Positions 40,357 through 53,789 of a DNA stretch of 64,000 nt are shown here, piece after piece. Every line of letters begins with the position of its first letter. Positions within the stretch are counted from its first letter, which is position 1. This stretch comes from Octopus vulgaris (lineage: Eukaryota). The DNA lies in the NCBI GenBank assembly GCA_951406725.2, contig OX597814.1:112282001-112346000 (forward strand), in the 5' to 3' direction. Under the pieces are notes generated by a model. The model made no database searches and had not been told where the DNA came from. It worked only from the letters and a program-made list of their open reading frames with translations. A program made the translations under genes and the position numbers.

Positions 40357-40414
40357 TTTTTGCTAGAATGGAACCGATATATCAATTGATATATCGGTTT
40401 CATTCTAGCAAAAA

Positions 40415-40452
40415 CTGTCTGATGAACAGCAACGAGAAACTCAGAGTAACAG
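40415..40452 (+). ncRNA. Mirror hammerhead copy (right arm) with a G>A change in stem II
   Basis: CUGU-CUGAUGA-ACAGCAACGA-GAAACUCAGAGUA-ACAG. Confidence 0.6.
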
Positions 40453-40526
40453 ATTTTGTTGAATTTTCTGCTGCTTTAAATAAAGTATATATAGATATAT
40501 ACATATATATATATAAATGCAAATAC

Positions 40527-40578
<52 letters not shown>

Positions 40579-40692
40579 GCAAATACACATACATGTGTAT
40601 AATTTTAATCCAAACGGGAAAACAAAAAAACAACAACAATGGAACAATTACAGTATTATTATTAATAGGCGCTCAGGAAATGGAAGCAGGAG

Positions 40693-40751
<59 letters not shown>

Positions 40752-40905
40752 GTATATATATTATACATATGTATTTTTATATAAATACGTTGTATGCCGA
40801 ACGTTCCCGTAAATTAGCGGTCGGCAAAAGTGAGCCGATAGTATAAGGCGGAGCTCCAGCATGGCCGCAGTCAAATGACTGAAACAACTAAAAGAAAGAA
40901 TAAAA

Positions 40906-40939
<34 letters not shown>

Positions 40940-40961
40940 CTTAAGCAAGAATGTTATTAAT

Positions 40962-41005
40962 AGTGACTTCGAAATTTCGGTCAATTAAGGCATCGTCGGA
41001 CTGCC
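40962..41005 (-). ncRNA. Degenerate hammerhead of a fifth family (stem III CTTCGAAG)
   Basis: GGCAGU-CCGACGA-U-GCCUUAAUUGACC-GAAA-UUUCGAAG-UC-ACU; relatives at about 28650, 38054 and 58776. Confidence 0.5.
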
Positions 41006-41457
41006 GAACCTTCGAAGTCACATGCAATTATATTCTTGGTTGAGAATAACGAATTTGTACTCTAAAGTATGGGGCAACCCATCAAATTACTGTAATATTG
41101 TTTTTATTATAACTAAACCTAAAAAACAACCATTAACAGACACGCACCCACAAACATACTCACACATATGCATATATATTAAAACGACTTGTAGGTATTC
41201 CGTAAAATACCACTACATATATTAAACGTTTTCTTGATAAGTCAATACATATATGTATATATTTGTAAATGTATATGTGTGTTTGTGAGACATACACACA
41301 CATACACACACGTGAGATTTATGCGTGTGTGTCTGTGTGTGTGTGGTATACACGCATGTAGCATACGTAAATGTTTTTGTATGTAGGTATGTGATATGAT
41401 ACAGATACAATATAGAATACTACGCCTGACAACCTGAAATAAGAGTGGATTCCGTAG

Positions 41458-41535
<78 letters not shown>

Positions 41536-41537
<2 letters not shown>

Positions 41538-41784
41538 TCTTTTATTTGTTTCAGTCATTTGACTGCGGCTATGCTGGAGCACCGTCTTTAGTCAAACAAA
41601 TCGACCCCATGAATTATCCTTTGTAAGCCTAGTATATATTTTATCGGTTCTCTTTTGCCGAACAGCCAAGTTACGGGGACGAAAACAGACCAACATCGCT
41701 CGTCAAGCGATGTTGAGGGAACAAAGCCAGACACACAAATACATGTATGTATGTATATATATATATATATATATATATACATAC

Positions 41785-41823
<39 letters not shown>

Positions 41824-41962
41824 CATACATATATATATATACATACATATATATATATATAGATACATATATATATATATACATACATATATATATATAC
41901 ATACATACATATATATATATACATATATATATATATGTATGTACATATACATATATATATAT

Positions 41963-42055
<93 letters not shown>

Positions 42056-42113
42056 CATATACATATATATATATATGTATATACATATACATATATATAT
42101 ATGTATATACATA

Positions 42114-42181
<68 letters not shown>

Positions 42182-42540
42182 AATTTATATAAATAAGGGT
42201 GAGATCATATCAGGTGCCAGCATGGGAATAAAACCCTCATAGGTAATTATTATTAAAATTATAATTAAGTGTTTCTAAAAGATACCACCATGCTAGATAT
42301 AGCAGCCAAAACTTAACTCTAAAACCACATTAAATGTTCATACAGCACCAGGAGAGAAGACAAAGAGACACAATAATATATATGTACGTATATACGACGG
42401 GCTTCTTTCAGTTTCTGTCTACCAAATCCACTCACAAGGCTTTGGTCGCCCCGAGGCTATAGCACAGAAGACATGGCCCAAGGTGCCATGTAGTGGGACT
42501 GAACCCAGAACCATGTGGTTTGGTAAGCAAGCTACTTTAC
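41536..42540 (-). mobile_element. SINE A stretched to 1 kb by microsatellite expansion and a fold-back-family arm (42193-42340)
   Basis: Tail 41536-41740, head 42395-42540; the insert is homologous to 47217-47487. Confidence 0.8.
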
Positions 42541-43107
42541 ACACACACACACATATGTGTATATATATATATATATATACATTGTTAATAGGCAGGATCT
42601 ATGCTGGAGCACCGCCTTTGTAGTAAACAAACATAAAATTATTTTTGTTGATTTGGGAAAACTGTGTCTCCGCCAAACTAAAGATTAACTTACCAAAATA
42701 TATTTTCCATTTGTAATTATATCCCTCTAATTATAACACACTAATTACACCCACTGGATATTCACTACATTAATTACACCGCAGTAATTTTAATACAGTA
42801 TTTTCTCCAGATTACTAATTAACGCTACATTAACTTTAACGGAGTCGTTTATTACACGATTTTATACGATAATGCTTTCAGCTTTTCCTCGTTTCACTCA
42901 TTACATTGCGGTCATGCTGGGGCATCACTGCAGTACAAATCGACTCCAGTACTTATTATTTTTTTTTTTTTGTAAACCTTGTACTTTATTTTATTCTTAA
43001 TTTTTGTCGAACCGCTAGGTTACAAGTATCTCAACAAACCAACACCGGTGGACTCGAGGACACACAGAAAGTGCGCGTGCATACACACGCGCGCACGCAC
43101 ATATATG

Positions 43108-43340
43108 CATTAATCCCTCGCCATATCGCGGTTCACCTATCCCGATTCACTCGTCGCGGTTTATCATTTAAGATTACAACGAATCCTCAGTAGCGTTGTT
43201 TTTTATTTACAATAAATTAAATATATACAAATTATAAAAATTTTTTTAAAATAATACATACAATACGGTACTGTTTCTACTTCGTTGATTTTCATCTATC
43301 GCGGGGGAACGTAACACCCGCGATAGTCGAGGGATTACTG
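43108..43340. mobile_element. pogo/Tigger-like MITE inside a SINE A (42885-43510)
   Basis: TIRs CAKTAATCCCTCG..TATCGCGG / CCGCGATAGTCGAGGGATTACTG followed by TA. Confidence 0.8.
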
Positions 43341-43589
43341 TATACACGACAGGCTTTTTCCAGTTTCTATCTACTAAATTCACTCACAAGGTTTTAATTA
43401 ACACGAGGCTTTAAAAGAAGGCCCATGTCCAAGGTGCCACGCAGTGGAACTGAAAGTGGAACCATATCGTTGGGAAGGAAGTTTCTTAACACACAATCAC
43501 GTCTGCGCCTTATTTTGAATATAAATTCTACCATTTATCCGAGCCATTTTACTTTGCCACTTAAGTTTTAAGATATTTACTCCCCAAGA

Positions 43590-43870
43590 GCGGACGTTAC
43601 TGGCCTAGTGGTTAGATTACATCCACGGCTATAAGATCATGGTTTCGATCCCCGGACGGGGCGATGCGTTGTGTTCTTAAGCAAAACACTTCATTATATG
43701 TTGCTCCAGTTCGTTCAGCTGTAAATGGGTTCCAACAATATTTGGAAAGTTAACCCTGTGACGGAACAGCGTCCCGTTCAGGATGGAGGGTTTTATTCTC
43801 AGTCAATTATACGCCATGGAAACCGTGCTGAACACAGGCCTTATGAATCATAGGTCTTATGACAGACCTA
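43590..43870 (+). mobile_element. SINE family D (tRNA head plus CORE-like centre), old copy
   Basis: TGGCCTAGTGGTTAG..GGTTTCGATCCCCGG..GTTGTGTTCTTAAGCAAAACACTT..TACGCCATGGAAACCG; a 3' fragment also lies at about 13210-13290. Confidence 0.65.
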
Positions 43871-44436
43871 AAAGTAAGCAAGGTAAAAATCGGTTTCAAA
43901 TTTTGGCACAAGGCCAGCAATTTTGGAGGTGGGGTAAGTCGATTACATCGATCCCAGTACTCAACTGGTGCTTATCTTAGTGACTCTGAGAGGACTAAAT
44001 GCAAAGTCGACCTCGGCGAAATTTGAACGCAGAACATGAAGACAGACGACAGGTAGATATTCACACCTGCTTTAATAAATTAATTATATTAAACTTTCTT
44101 CGCTAAATACCCACAGTTACTTTACCACATTAGTTATGCCTCAGTCACTTCAACACAATAATGTTTTTCATAGCAAATTTCCCCGTGTTATTCAACTTTA
44201 CTACGGCGTTTCTATGATATTAAACTTACCTTGGTAAATACCTACAGGCATTTTGATTCAGTAATTATTACTGCAATATCTTGATGTGAAATCGTGTGTT
44301 GAAACAGATTTGCTGTATTTTGGTAGGGTCTTTATGCCAGTAATAAACACACACACTGATTTTATTTTACTTCTATTAATATTATTATCATCATCATCAT
44401 CATCATCATTATTATTATTATTATTATTATTATTTC

Positions 44437-44755
44437 TCTTTATCTTTTGTTGGAACTCCTGGAGTCTTGCATGCATAGTGGGCTTGCTACCTGCCGTCTA
44501 CGGTTCCATGCTATCCATTCTTTTCAGCCATCTAGTACTTTCCTAATTATTATGGTCGTGCCAAGGAGGCAAACCTTTTTGTAACAGCTCTATTCCAATT
44601 TCCTTTATATTCCCCTTGATGCCTTCTGATACTGTCCCCAAGGACCCAACATCAATCAGCACTATCTTCACCTTCTTCATTTTCCATAGTCGGGCTATTT
44701 AAAGAGGGTTGTATTTATCTATATTTTCGCCCTCCTTCTTGACTATTCGTGGGTT
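44437..44755 (-). pseudogene. R4/Dong-like 3' fragment, same subfamily as 1940-2305
   Basis: Nucleotide homology to 1945-2262; the 3' end runs into (AAT)n/(GAT)n. Confidence 0.85.
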
Positions 44756-44789
44756 TTCGCCTTCTTTCTCGACAATTTGTGAGATTAAT

Positions 44790-45127
44790 TATTATCCCTT
44801 CGTAACACAGTGTAGGTAAAAATGCACCGGAGTCTTTAATGATCTTTCAAGTCACAACAAGGACCTCAGACAGGTAATACCTTCTTTAAATGTGCGCTGT
44901 GTCCAAAAAGGCTGCTTTTTGCAAGACATCAGTCTTGCATGGGTTTTCCTGTTGCCTTAAGATGTCTTGAAGTTTCAATGGGATTGAGCCTAACGCTCCG
45001 ATCACCACTGCTTTCACTTTTACATTACCTTCTCTCCACTTTCAATTCGGAGTACCTGGTGATTTTTTTCAACCTCTTTACTCACATTACATTCATGTCA
45101 TTTGGCATGACTACATCAATAATTTGA

Positions 45128-45128
<1 letters not shown>
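44790..45128 (-). pseudogene. R4/Dong-like 3' fragment, second subfamily
   Basis: QIIDVVMPNDMNV..KITRYSELKVE..KVKAVVIGALGSIPLKL..LQKAAFLDTAHI; abuts (AAT)n. Confidence 0.85.
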
Positions 45129-45161
<33 letters not shown>

Positions 45162-45466
45162 CAACTAGTTAACCATTTAACCATCCGATTGCTTGATTGA
45201 TCGTTCGTTCAATCAATCATTTCACTTGTAAGAGACTTTTCGTCGCCATACGCCACCTCATCAATGACATACCCTCTCTACACCAGGTTAATTGGTTAAA
45301 TGGTTAACTAGTTGATCAACTATAATAAAAGAAGTGAAATAGAATCGTACGCGTGTTTCTTATGAGGTATAATGACCCTCCCAAGAAAGATTTAACATTT
45401 TTACCTCATTTGTTTAATTACAATCAATTTGCTACAACTATTATGTCACAATAATCTTAGCACTTT

Positions 45467-45866
45467 AAGGCGGCAAGCTGGCAGAAACGTTAGCACGACG
45501 GGCGAAATGTTTAGCGGTATTTCGTCTGTCGTTACGTTGTGAGTTCAGATTCCGCCGAGGTCGACTTTGCCTGTTATCCTTTCGGGGTCGATAAATTAAG
45601 TACCAGTTACGCACTGGGATCGATATAATCGGCATAATACCTATGTCTGTCCTTGTTTGTCCCCTCTATGTTTAGCCCCGTGTGGGCAATAAAGAAATAG
45701 GTATTTCGTCTGCCGCTACGTTCTGCGTTCAAATTCCGCCGAGGTCGACTTTGCCTTTCATCCTTTCAGGGTCGATTAAATAAGTACCAGTTGCGTATTG
45801 GGGTCGATCTAATCGTCTGACCTCCTCCTACAAAAATTTCGGGCCTTGTGCCTAGAGTAGAAAAGA
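45467..45866 (+). mobile_element. SINE C dimer
   Basis: The whole dimer is flanked by the direct repeat AATAATCTTAGCACTTTAAG at 45450-45469 and 45866-45885. Confidence 0.9.
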
Positions 45867-45932
45867 ATAATCTTAGCACTTTAAGTTTTCCACAATAAAT
45901 TTTATCCGTCATTTTATTCCAGCACTTTTACC

Positions 45933-45974
<42 letters not shown>

Positions 45975-47216
45975 TACACACACAACCTCTCTCTCTCTCT
46001 CTTTCTCTCCCCCAATGGTTATATTAAGATAACAATTTAACCACAGAAAAATTAATCGAGTTATTTTTAACACTACAACACTAATTTTTACCGCATATAA
46101 CTCTACCAGAGTCATTTACCACAACAAATTTGTCGTAGCTACTTTACTACATTAATTTCATATTAACTAATTTAATACGATTCTAAAATAAAAATTTGAT
46201 TTGAATTATATTTAATTTTTAAAAATTAATATTATTCAATTAAAATATCAGCGTTACTTTAAATATTTTAAATTCATTAATTTATCGTAATAATTCATGT
46301 TGAATATATTTAACGAAATGTTAATTTAAATATTTAAAATATTAACAATATTTTTACATATTTAATATTTCTCAATCAAAATTATTTAAATCTTAAACTG
46401 TGCACTCCATTTATCGATTACATCTGCGGCCTTACTGGAGCACGCTGTCTTCATAAGATTTAATTCGTATAAAATAAATATCTCGAAACATGTAGTAAAA
46501 AAAAAAATTGATAACCCGAGGTTTGTCCTGACCAAGAAGATCTATGATCAACAGCTTATGATATTCCAGTCATGACCATCGCATCTTTCATTCAGATACA
46601 ATTAGTGACAGACCAGATTATTTGATTTATACTTCATTTGTATTAAAGACTGTAGCATGTGAATAGAGGGGAAAATCTTGTTATGTCTAGCGGATTAAGA
46701 AGCCACGGAGAGGCTCCCTCGCTTGATTGACTTATCGCAGAGTTAACACAACCCCCCCCCACCAAAAAGGGAGACGCTTGAAGACATAGCAACGATTCTT
46801 CGCTGTTAAGGAAAAGGGACATAAAATGAATCTTAGTTGTTGTTATTTCCATTTAGCCCAAGGAAGAAAATTCTGACTGAGCATGCTGATATTGAAATAG
46901 GATTCGGTAGCGACCATTCCGAAACTTAGCTTCTACATTTAGCAGGTCAAGTGGAGTCAATGTGTAAAAAAAAAATACTCCCTCGGTCTCTCTTAGAATT
47001 ACAATGAAACGCTTGAATTGGTATCGAACACATTACCGCAGAATTTATTCAATCATCTCAAAATTTATACATGAAAGTGTGTGCTCGGGCACGTGCATGT
47101 GTGTGCATGTGTATACCTCTGTGTGTTTATGCGTGTGTAAACACGTACATAAATATACACTGTATGATATATAGATACAGCGCTTAAAATAAGGATATAT
47201 ATATATATATAATTAT

Positions 47217-47482
47217 AATTATAATCTAGGGTGTCTACGAGAAACCGCCATGCTGAAAATAGCATCCAGGATCTGACTCTAAAACCACCTTAAATGTTCA
47301 TATCGCTCATATGAATATTTAAAGTGGATTTAGAGTCAGATCCTGGCTGTTATTTTCAGCATGGCGGTTTCTCGTAGATACCCTAAATTATAATTTTAAT
47401 AATAATTATTGCTTTTGAATGTTTTTATTTCCATGCTGGCCACTTAATAAGATCGTCATTTAATTTAAATTAACGATCTTAT

Positions 47483-47487
<5 letters not shown>
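47217..47487 (+). mobile_element. Fold-back element with about 85-bp arms and an about 90-nt tail, in (TA)n
   Basis: Arms 47217-47302 / 47309-47395; shares GGCTGYTATTT and CCCTAA.TTATA motifs with 12156-12663. Confidence 0.8.
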
Positions 47488-47527
<40 letters not shown>

Positions 47528-47649
47528 CACACACACAGATAGATAGATAGATAGATAGAGATAGATAGACATACGTGCGCATACACACACACACGCACAG
47601 ATAGGTGTGGGATCAATGCGATGCAGTGCTAGACAATGCGATGCAGTGC

Positions 47650-47875
47650 TTATTGCCCACAAGGGGCTAAACACAGAGGGGACAAAAAGGACAGGCAAAG
47701 GGATTTAGTCGATTACATCGACCCCAGTGCGTAACTAGTACTTAGTTTATCGACCCCCGAAAGGATGAAAGGCAAAGTCGACCTCGGCGGAATTTGAACT
47801 CAGAACGTAGCAGCAGACGAAATACCGCTAAGCATTTCGCCCGGTGTTCTAACGATTCTGCCAGCTCGCCGCCTT
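47650..47875 (-). mobile_element. SINE C monomer (tail 1)
   Basis: Near consensus. Confidence 0.9.
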
Positions 47876-47934
47876 GAACACTGATATTATTGTAGATAGA
47901 TGGATCATAGACACACATACACACGCGCGCGCGC

Positions 47935-47966
<32 letters not shown>

Positions 47967-48415
47967 AGTAGTGTATATAAAATATATATATATATGTATA
48001 TAAAATATATATATTTCCACAATTTTTTATGACAGTCTCTAAGAGATATTAACGTAATAATATTATTATATTACAAATAAACATTTGATAAATACTCAGT
48101 ATATATTCTTTTTGCCTATGGTAATTCCGGATTATTTTACTTTGTTCATTCAGACGGTAGGAGAATCGCATAAAGCATTAACTCTGAGTAACGCGCTATA
48201 CGCAAGGAGTAACCTTGTTTTAAAAAAATCACCAAAACGTTTATTTGTATGCAATGTGTGTTTAATAACAATAATAATTATAAGGATAGATACAATATAA
48301 TTCACACGTAATTCTGTATGTGCGTGTGTACAGTATGTTCATTCTTTGAAACACGCACGTCTCTGAATGTTAGTTCTTTTTTTTTATATAGCTGCACAAT
48401 TATCTGTTTGTCTGT

Positions 48416-48458
<43 letters not shown>

Positions 48459-48467
48459 CCTATCTAC

Positions 48468-48499
<32 letters not shown>

Positions 48500-48574
48500 G
48501 TCTGTCTAGTCTATCTTGCAGCCTTACTATCTCATATGAATAATCATGATCATTAAAAAAATTTACGAGATGCT

Positions 48575-48760
48575 GTCTGGTAATTAGCTTGCTTACCAAC
48601 CACATGGTTCTGAGTTCAGTCCCACTGCTTGGTTCCTTGGGTAAGTGTCTTCTACTGTAGCCACGGGCCGACCAAAGCCTTGTGAGTGGATTTGGTAGAC
48701 GGAAACTGAAAGAAACCCGTCGTAAGTATGTATGTATGTATGTATGTATGTATATATATA

Positions 48761-48807
<47 letters not shown>

Positions 48808-49556
48808 TGTATGTATGTATGTATGTATGTATGTATGTATGTATGTATATGCGTGTATGTGTGTGTGTCTGTATTTGTCCCCCACCATCGCTTGGCAACC
48901 GATGCCGGTGTGTTTACGTCCCCGTAACTTGGCTGCTTGGCTAAAGCGACCGATAGAATCAGTACTGGGCTTACAAACCACAAGTCCTGGATTCGATTTG
49001 CTCGACTAAAGGCAGTGCTCCAGCATGGCCGCAGTCAAATGACTGAAACAAGTAAAAGAATATAGCGAACGTGAAATAATTATTTCTTGGAACGGTGGAT
49101 CTCGAAGCAGGTAAAGCCATAAATAATACTTTTCGATAGAAAAGGTCTTTTATCTTTGACTTGTTATCTTTGATTTGTTATCTTTGACTTGTTACCGCCA
49201 AGATGCGGTACCACCTCGAAGAATTTTAAGTCGAAAGAATCGACCCTCGATACTGTTTTTTTTTTTTAATCTGGTACTTATTCTATCGGTTTCTTTTACC
49301 GAACCGCGAATTTACGGGAACGTAAACACGCCAACAGCAGTTGTCAAGCAGCGGACAGACACATACACAAAGACACGCACACATAAAATATATATATTTA
49401 CCACGAGCTTCTTTCAGTTTCCGTCCGCCAAATCTAAAAGACTTTGGTCGGCTGGAGGCCATAGTAGAAGATATTTGTCCAAGGGTCACACGGTAGGACT
49501 GAAACCCGAATCATGTGGTGGACACCAAACTTCTTAATACACAGCCACACCGGCAC
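48575..49556. mobile_element. Two SINE A copies, tail to tail (48575-49060 plus; 49160-49556 minus)
   Basis: Homology to other A copies. Confidence 0.85.
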
Positions 49557-49684
49557 CTAACCAAGGAGTTTTTTTTTTACTCTATGCTTACACGCTATTA
49601 TATCTCTGAATGCTTCGAGATGCACCGTTCCAGTAATATATATGATTATATATGTATAATATAAATAATAATAATAATAAAGAA

Positions 49685-49735
<51 letters not shown>

Positions 49736-49956
49736 TATATATATAAATATACAGACATACGTGCATACATATACGTATATTTATACAGACATACATACAT
49801 ACACATACATGTATATATATATATATATACACATACATACATATGTATATACATACAATTATATATACACACATACATACATACACATACATGTATATAT
49901 ATATATACACATACATACATATGTATATACATACAATTATATATACACACATGCAT

Positions 49957-50032
<76 letters not shown>

Positions 50033-50474
50033 GTATGGATGGATGGATGGATGGATGGATAGATTCGTGTGTGTGTGTGTGTGTACGTACACTGTCAGAA
50101 AGCAATGGGGTGGTGTATAAATACGTGTTTGTTTAGTTGAACATTTCTTGGCATTTTTCTCATACTTTTGGCAACGAGAAAATAATTCTCCATACCAATG
50201 ATATACCAAACATACCAACATATCATCCCACACACAAACAAACATCAAATTGCCATAACGTAATATTGGAACTTACTAGCATTAAAAAATCGAGACAGTT
50301 TTTTTCAGTTTTCTACGATTGAGGCAAAATGGTTTCGTAGCGAGTTATCATGTATATTGTGAGGTTAAGTAGTGCACGAGTGATAAGTAATATTGTATAA
50401 ATGAGAATATACATGGGTAAATATTTATAAACAAAAGCTCACAGATATTGTGTACGATTATTTTTGCACTATAC

Positions 50475-50536
<62 letters not shown>

Positions 50537-50668
50537 ATGTATGTATGTATGTATGTATGTATGTATACACGTATGTATACACGTATGTATGTATATATGC
50601 GCACACGGGGAACTAAAGCTGGGTTTTTAGTCGACCGTTCTATGCACTTTAAAGTACATGCATCACGA

Positions 50669-50719
<51 letters not shown>

Positions 50720-50887
50720 CATTATATATATATATATATACACACATACATGCGTATTTATTTATACACACATGCATACATACATACATACATATATATA
50801 TATATATACACGTGCATATATATATATATATGGAAATATTTCTAAGTCTCTCTAAAGGAGAGACTGCCATATTAGCTTGGCGATAAC

Positions 50888-50943
<56 letters not shown>

Positions 50944-51073
50944 TATACTTCATGAAAATATATATTATATTGTAGTGGAATATAGTAATGCGCACCTCTT
51001 TAAAAGTATACACATTTATAAACATTATATAAAACCAAACGTTAATATAGATGGGTATGTATAAAAGTGCACG

Positions 51074-51107
<34 letters not shown>

Positions 51108-51422
51108 TAGATAGATAGATATAGATATATACATGTGTATGTAACTGAATTGCGCGCGCGAGTTCGTGCGTGTGCATGTATGTGTGTGAGAGAGAGAGAA
51201 AGAGAGAGAGAGAGTGTGTGTGTGTGTGTGTGTGTGTGACACTGATTTCTTTACATGAGAACGAAGGCTTATTTTTTTAAGAGAGGAATGTAGTTCATTG
51301 AAATACTAGCAGTTACTTGTCATCGCTTTCTTAATAAATATACGCGCACACATACATACATACATACATGTATGCGTGTATGTATGTATATATATATATA
51401 TATATATACATACATACATACA

Positions 51423-51454
<32 letters not shown>

Positions 51455-51886
51455 CATTTGTGTGTCTATATGTGAATAGATACACACACACATATATATG
51501 TATATTATGCATGTATATATGTGTGTGTGCGTGTGTGTATAAATATATATGTATATGTACGTATGTATGTGTTTCTTGCTTAAGTTACTGAACTGCGGCC
51601 ATGCCGGAGCAGCACCTTGAAGGGCCTTGGACAAACAAATCGATCTCAGTACATTTTTTTAAAACCTGGTACGTGTTCCATCGGTTTCCTTTGCCGATCT
51701 GCTTGATTACGAGACGTAAATAAACCAACTCCGGTTGTCAAGCGAGGACAAGCACAAAACTTTATCACAATACACACACACGCACACACATATTCACATA
51801 TACATATATAATCATATATATATATGCGCGAATATGTTAATCATGTATGCTTATATATCGGTAGATAGATAGACATGCATATTTAC

Positions 51887-51928
<42 letters not shown>

Positions 51929-51950
51929 TTACATATATGTTTATATATAC

Positions 51951-51982
<32 letters not shown>

Positions 51983-51988
<6 letters not shown>

Positions 51989-52310
51989 ATATAAAAATTA
52001 GAAAAAACCACCTTTTATCAATTCAAAATGAACAATTAAATTACACCATCTAGAAAATTACATATAATAGAAATATTAAAATTAAAATAACAATAATATA
52101 CTGATGCTTAAGTAAATTGCAAAATAATAATAAAAACGTATATATTTGGTATATATTTTATTATTATTTTGCACATTACTTAATCATCGGTATATTATTG
52201 TTATTTTATATTTAATATTTCTATTATATGTAATTTTCTAGATGGTGTAATTTGATTGTTCATTTTGAATTGATAAAAGGTGGTTTTTTCTAATTTTTAT
52301 ATGTTTATAT
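51983..52310. repeat. About 330-bp AT-rich near-perfect palindrome in (TA)n
   Basis: AAAATTAGAAAAAACCACCTTTTATCAATTCAAAATGAACAAT.. is mirrored by ..ATTGTTCATTTTGAATTGATAAAAGGTGGTTTTTTCTAATTTT. Confidence 0.9.
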
Positions 52311-52377
52311 ATATATATATATGTTTATTTATATATATATATATACATATATATATATGTATATATATACATGTAGC

Positions 52378-52411
<34 letters not shown>

Positions 52412-52453
52412 TACATATATATATATATGCGTATATATGCTTATATATATGTA

Positions 52454-52499
<46 letters not shown>

Positions 52500-52858
52500 G
52501 CTTGCCTATTACCAAAAATTGTACATCAACAAGTATAGTCTATTGAAGAGGACCCAGATTACTGGTGCATATTTTGATTGATACAAACACTGGAGAAATG
52601 GAGCTGAAGTTCGATCCCGGCTGGGTATGAACGCAGCATCTGGAAGGAAGGCAGAAGCTTAATATAAATACTTGAATATTACACTCATAGGTCTACAGAA
52701 TATATCTACAGATTTTTGCCATCTCTATACGTAGACTCAATGCAAACATCTTGGGTTTCGTATACATTAACCTCGTTAAGCGAAAAAGAAGAAACAGACA
52801 GACTATTTTTTAAATTCTTTCTTGTGATTTTATTTGCAACCGAGTGTTCCGTCTACAG

Positions 52859-53075
52859 CAGTGGTTTACAACCATTTTACCCTATGGACCCCTTTCATTT
52901 CTATCTTCCTCTACTGGAACCCCAGAATATTTGATGCTTAAAAGATCCTATTGTATCTTCCATGAGGAATAGTATAATTGTAGAAGTATAAATAACATTG
53001 CTTATAAACTTTAACGACAAAATCTTATTTGGACCCCGACCAAGAGTCAATATAAACCCCGGGTGAAAACTACTG
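52859..53075. mobile_element. Short hAT MITE
   Basis: CAGTGGTTTACAAC / GGTGAAAACTACTG ends; TSD gtctacag / aactacag. Confidence 0.75.
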
Positions 53076-53214
53076 AACTACAGTGCCATTTCTTGTAACC
53101 TTGCCATTTTAAAAATTTTATATATTTTTAAAATTATTTATGTGTCCTTGAGCTTTTTTCCATGGTTTAATGCACAGCATTCCCCACTGAACGGGTCGCC
53201 GATCCGTTTTCTTA

Positions 53215-53780
53215 GGGTTGAAAGCCAGCAAGTTTGAGGGTAGAGGATATGTCGAGTACATTGATCTCAGTACTTGACTCGTACTTTATTTTATTGACTC
53301 CGAAGGGAATAAAGGTAAAGCTGACCTTGGACGGATTTGAACTCGGAGTGTAAAAGCCGGAAGAAATGTCGCTAAGCATTTTGCTCAACTTGCTGACGAT
53401 TCTAACAACTCACTGCCTTATATACTAATAATAATTCTTTCTACTTCTGAGTTCAAATTCCGCTTAGGTTGACCTTGCCTTTCATCCTTTCGGGGTCGAT
53501 AAATCAAGTACCAGTTACGTACTAGATGGATCTAATCGACTGGCCCTCCCCCAAAATTTCGGGCCTTATGTCTAAAGTAGAAAAGAATAATTCATTGTAC
53601 TATAAGCACAAGGCCTGAAAGTTTGGTGGAGGGGGCTAGTCGAGTACGTTGACCCAGTGCTCAACTGGTATTTCATTTTATCATGAATTAAATACAAAGG
53701 TGACCTCGGCGGAATTGGAACTCAGAACGTAAAGAGACAGAAGAACTGCTACCAAGCATTCTGCCAGCTCGCCACCTTAC
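53215..53780. mobile_element. Three SINE C copies in alternating orientation
   Basis: Minus at about 53215-53420, plus at about 53445-53590, minus at about 53600-53780. Confidence 0.8.
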
Positions 53781-53789
53781 TCCTGTTAT

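Larger units (their letters stand above)
40222..40485 (-). mobile_element. Fold-back PLE-like element: 200-bp palindrome plus a 64-nt tail, in (TA)n
   Basis: Arms 40286-40385 / 40386-40485 with no spacer and two mismatches by eye; each arm carries a hammerhead. Confidence 0.85.
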
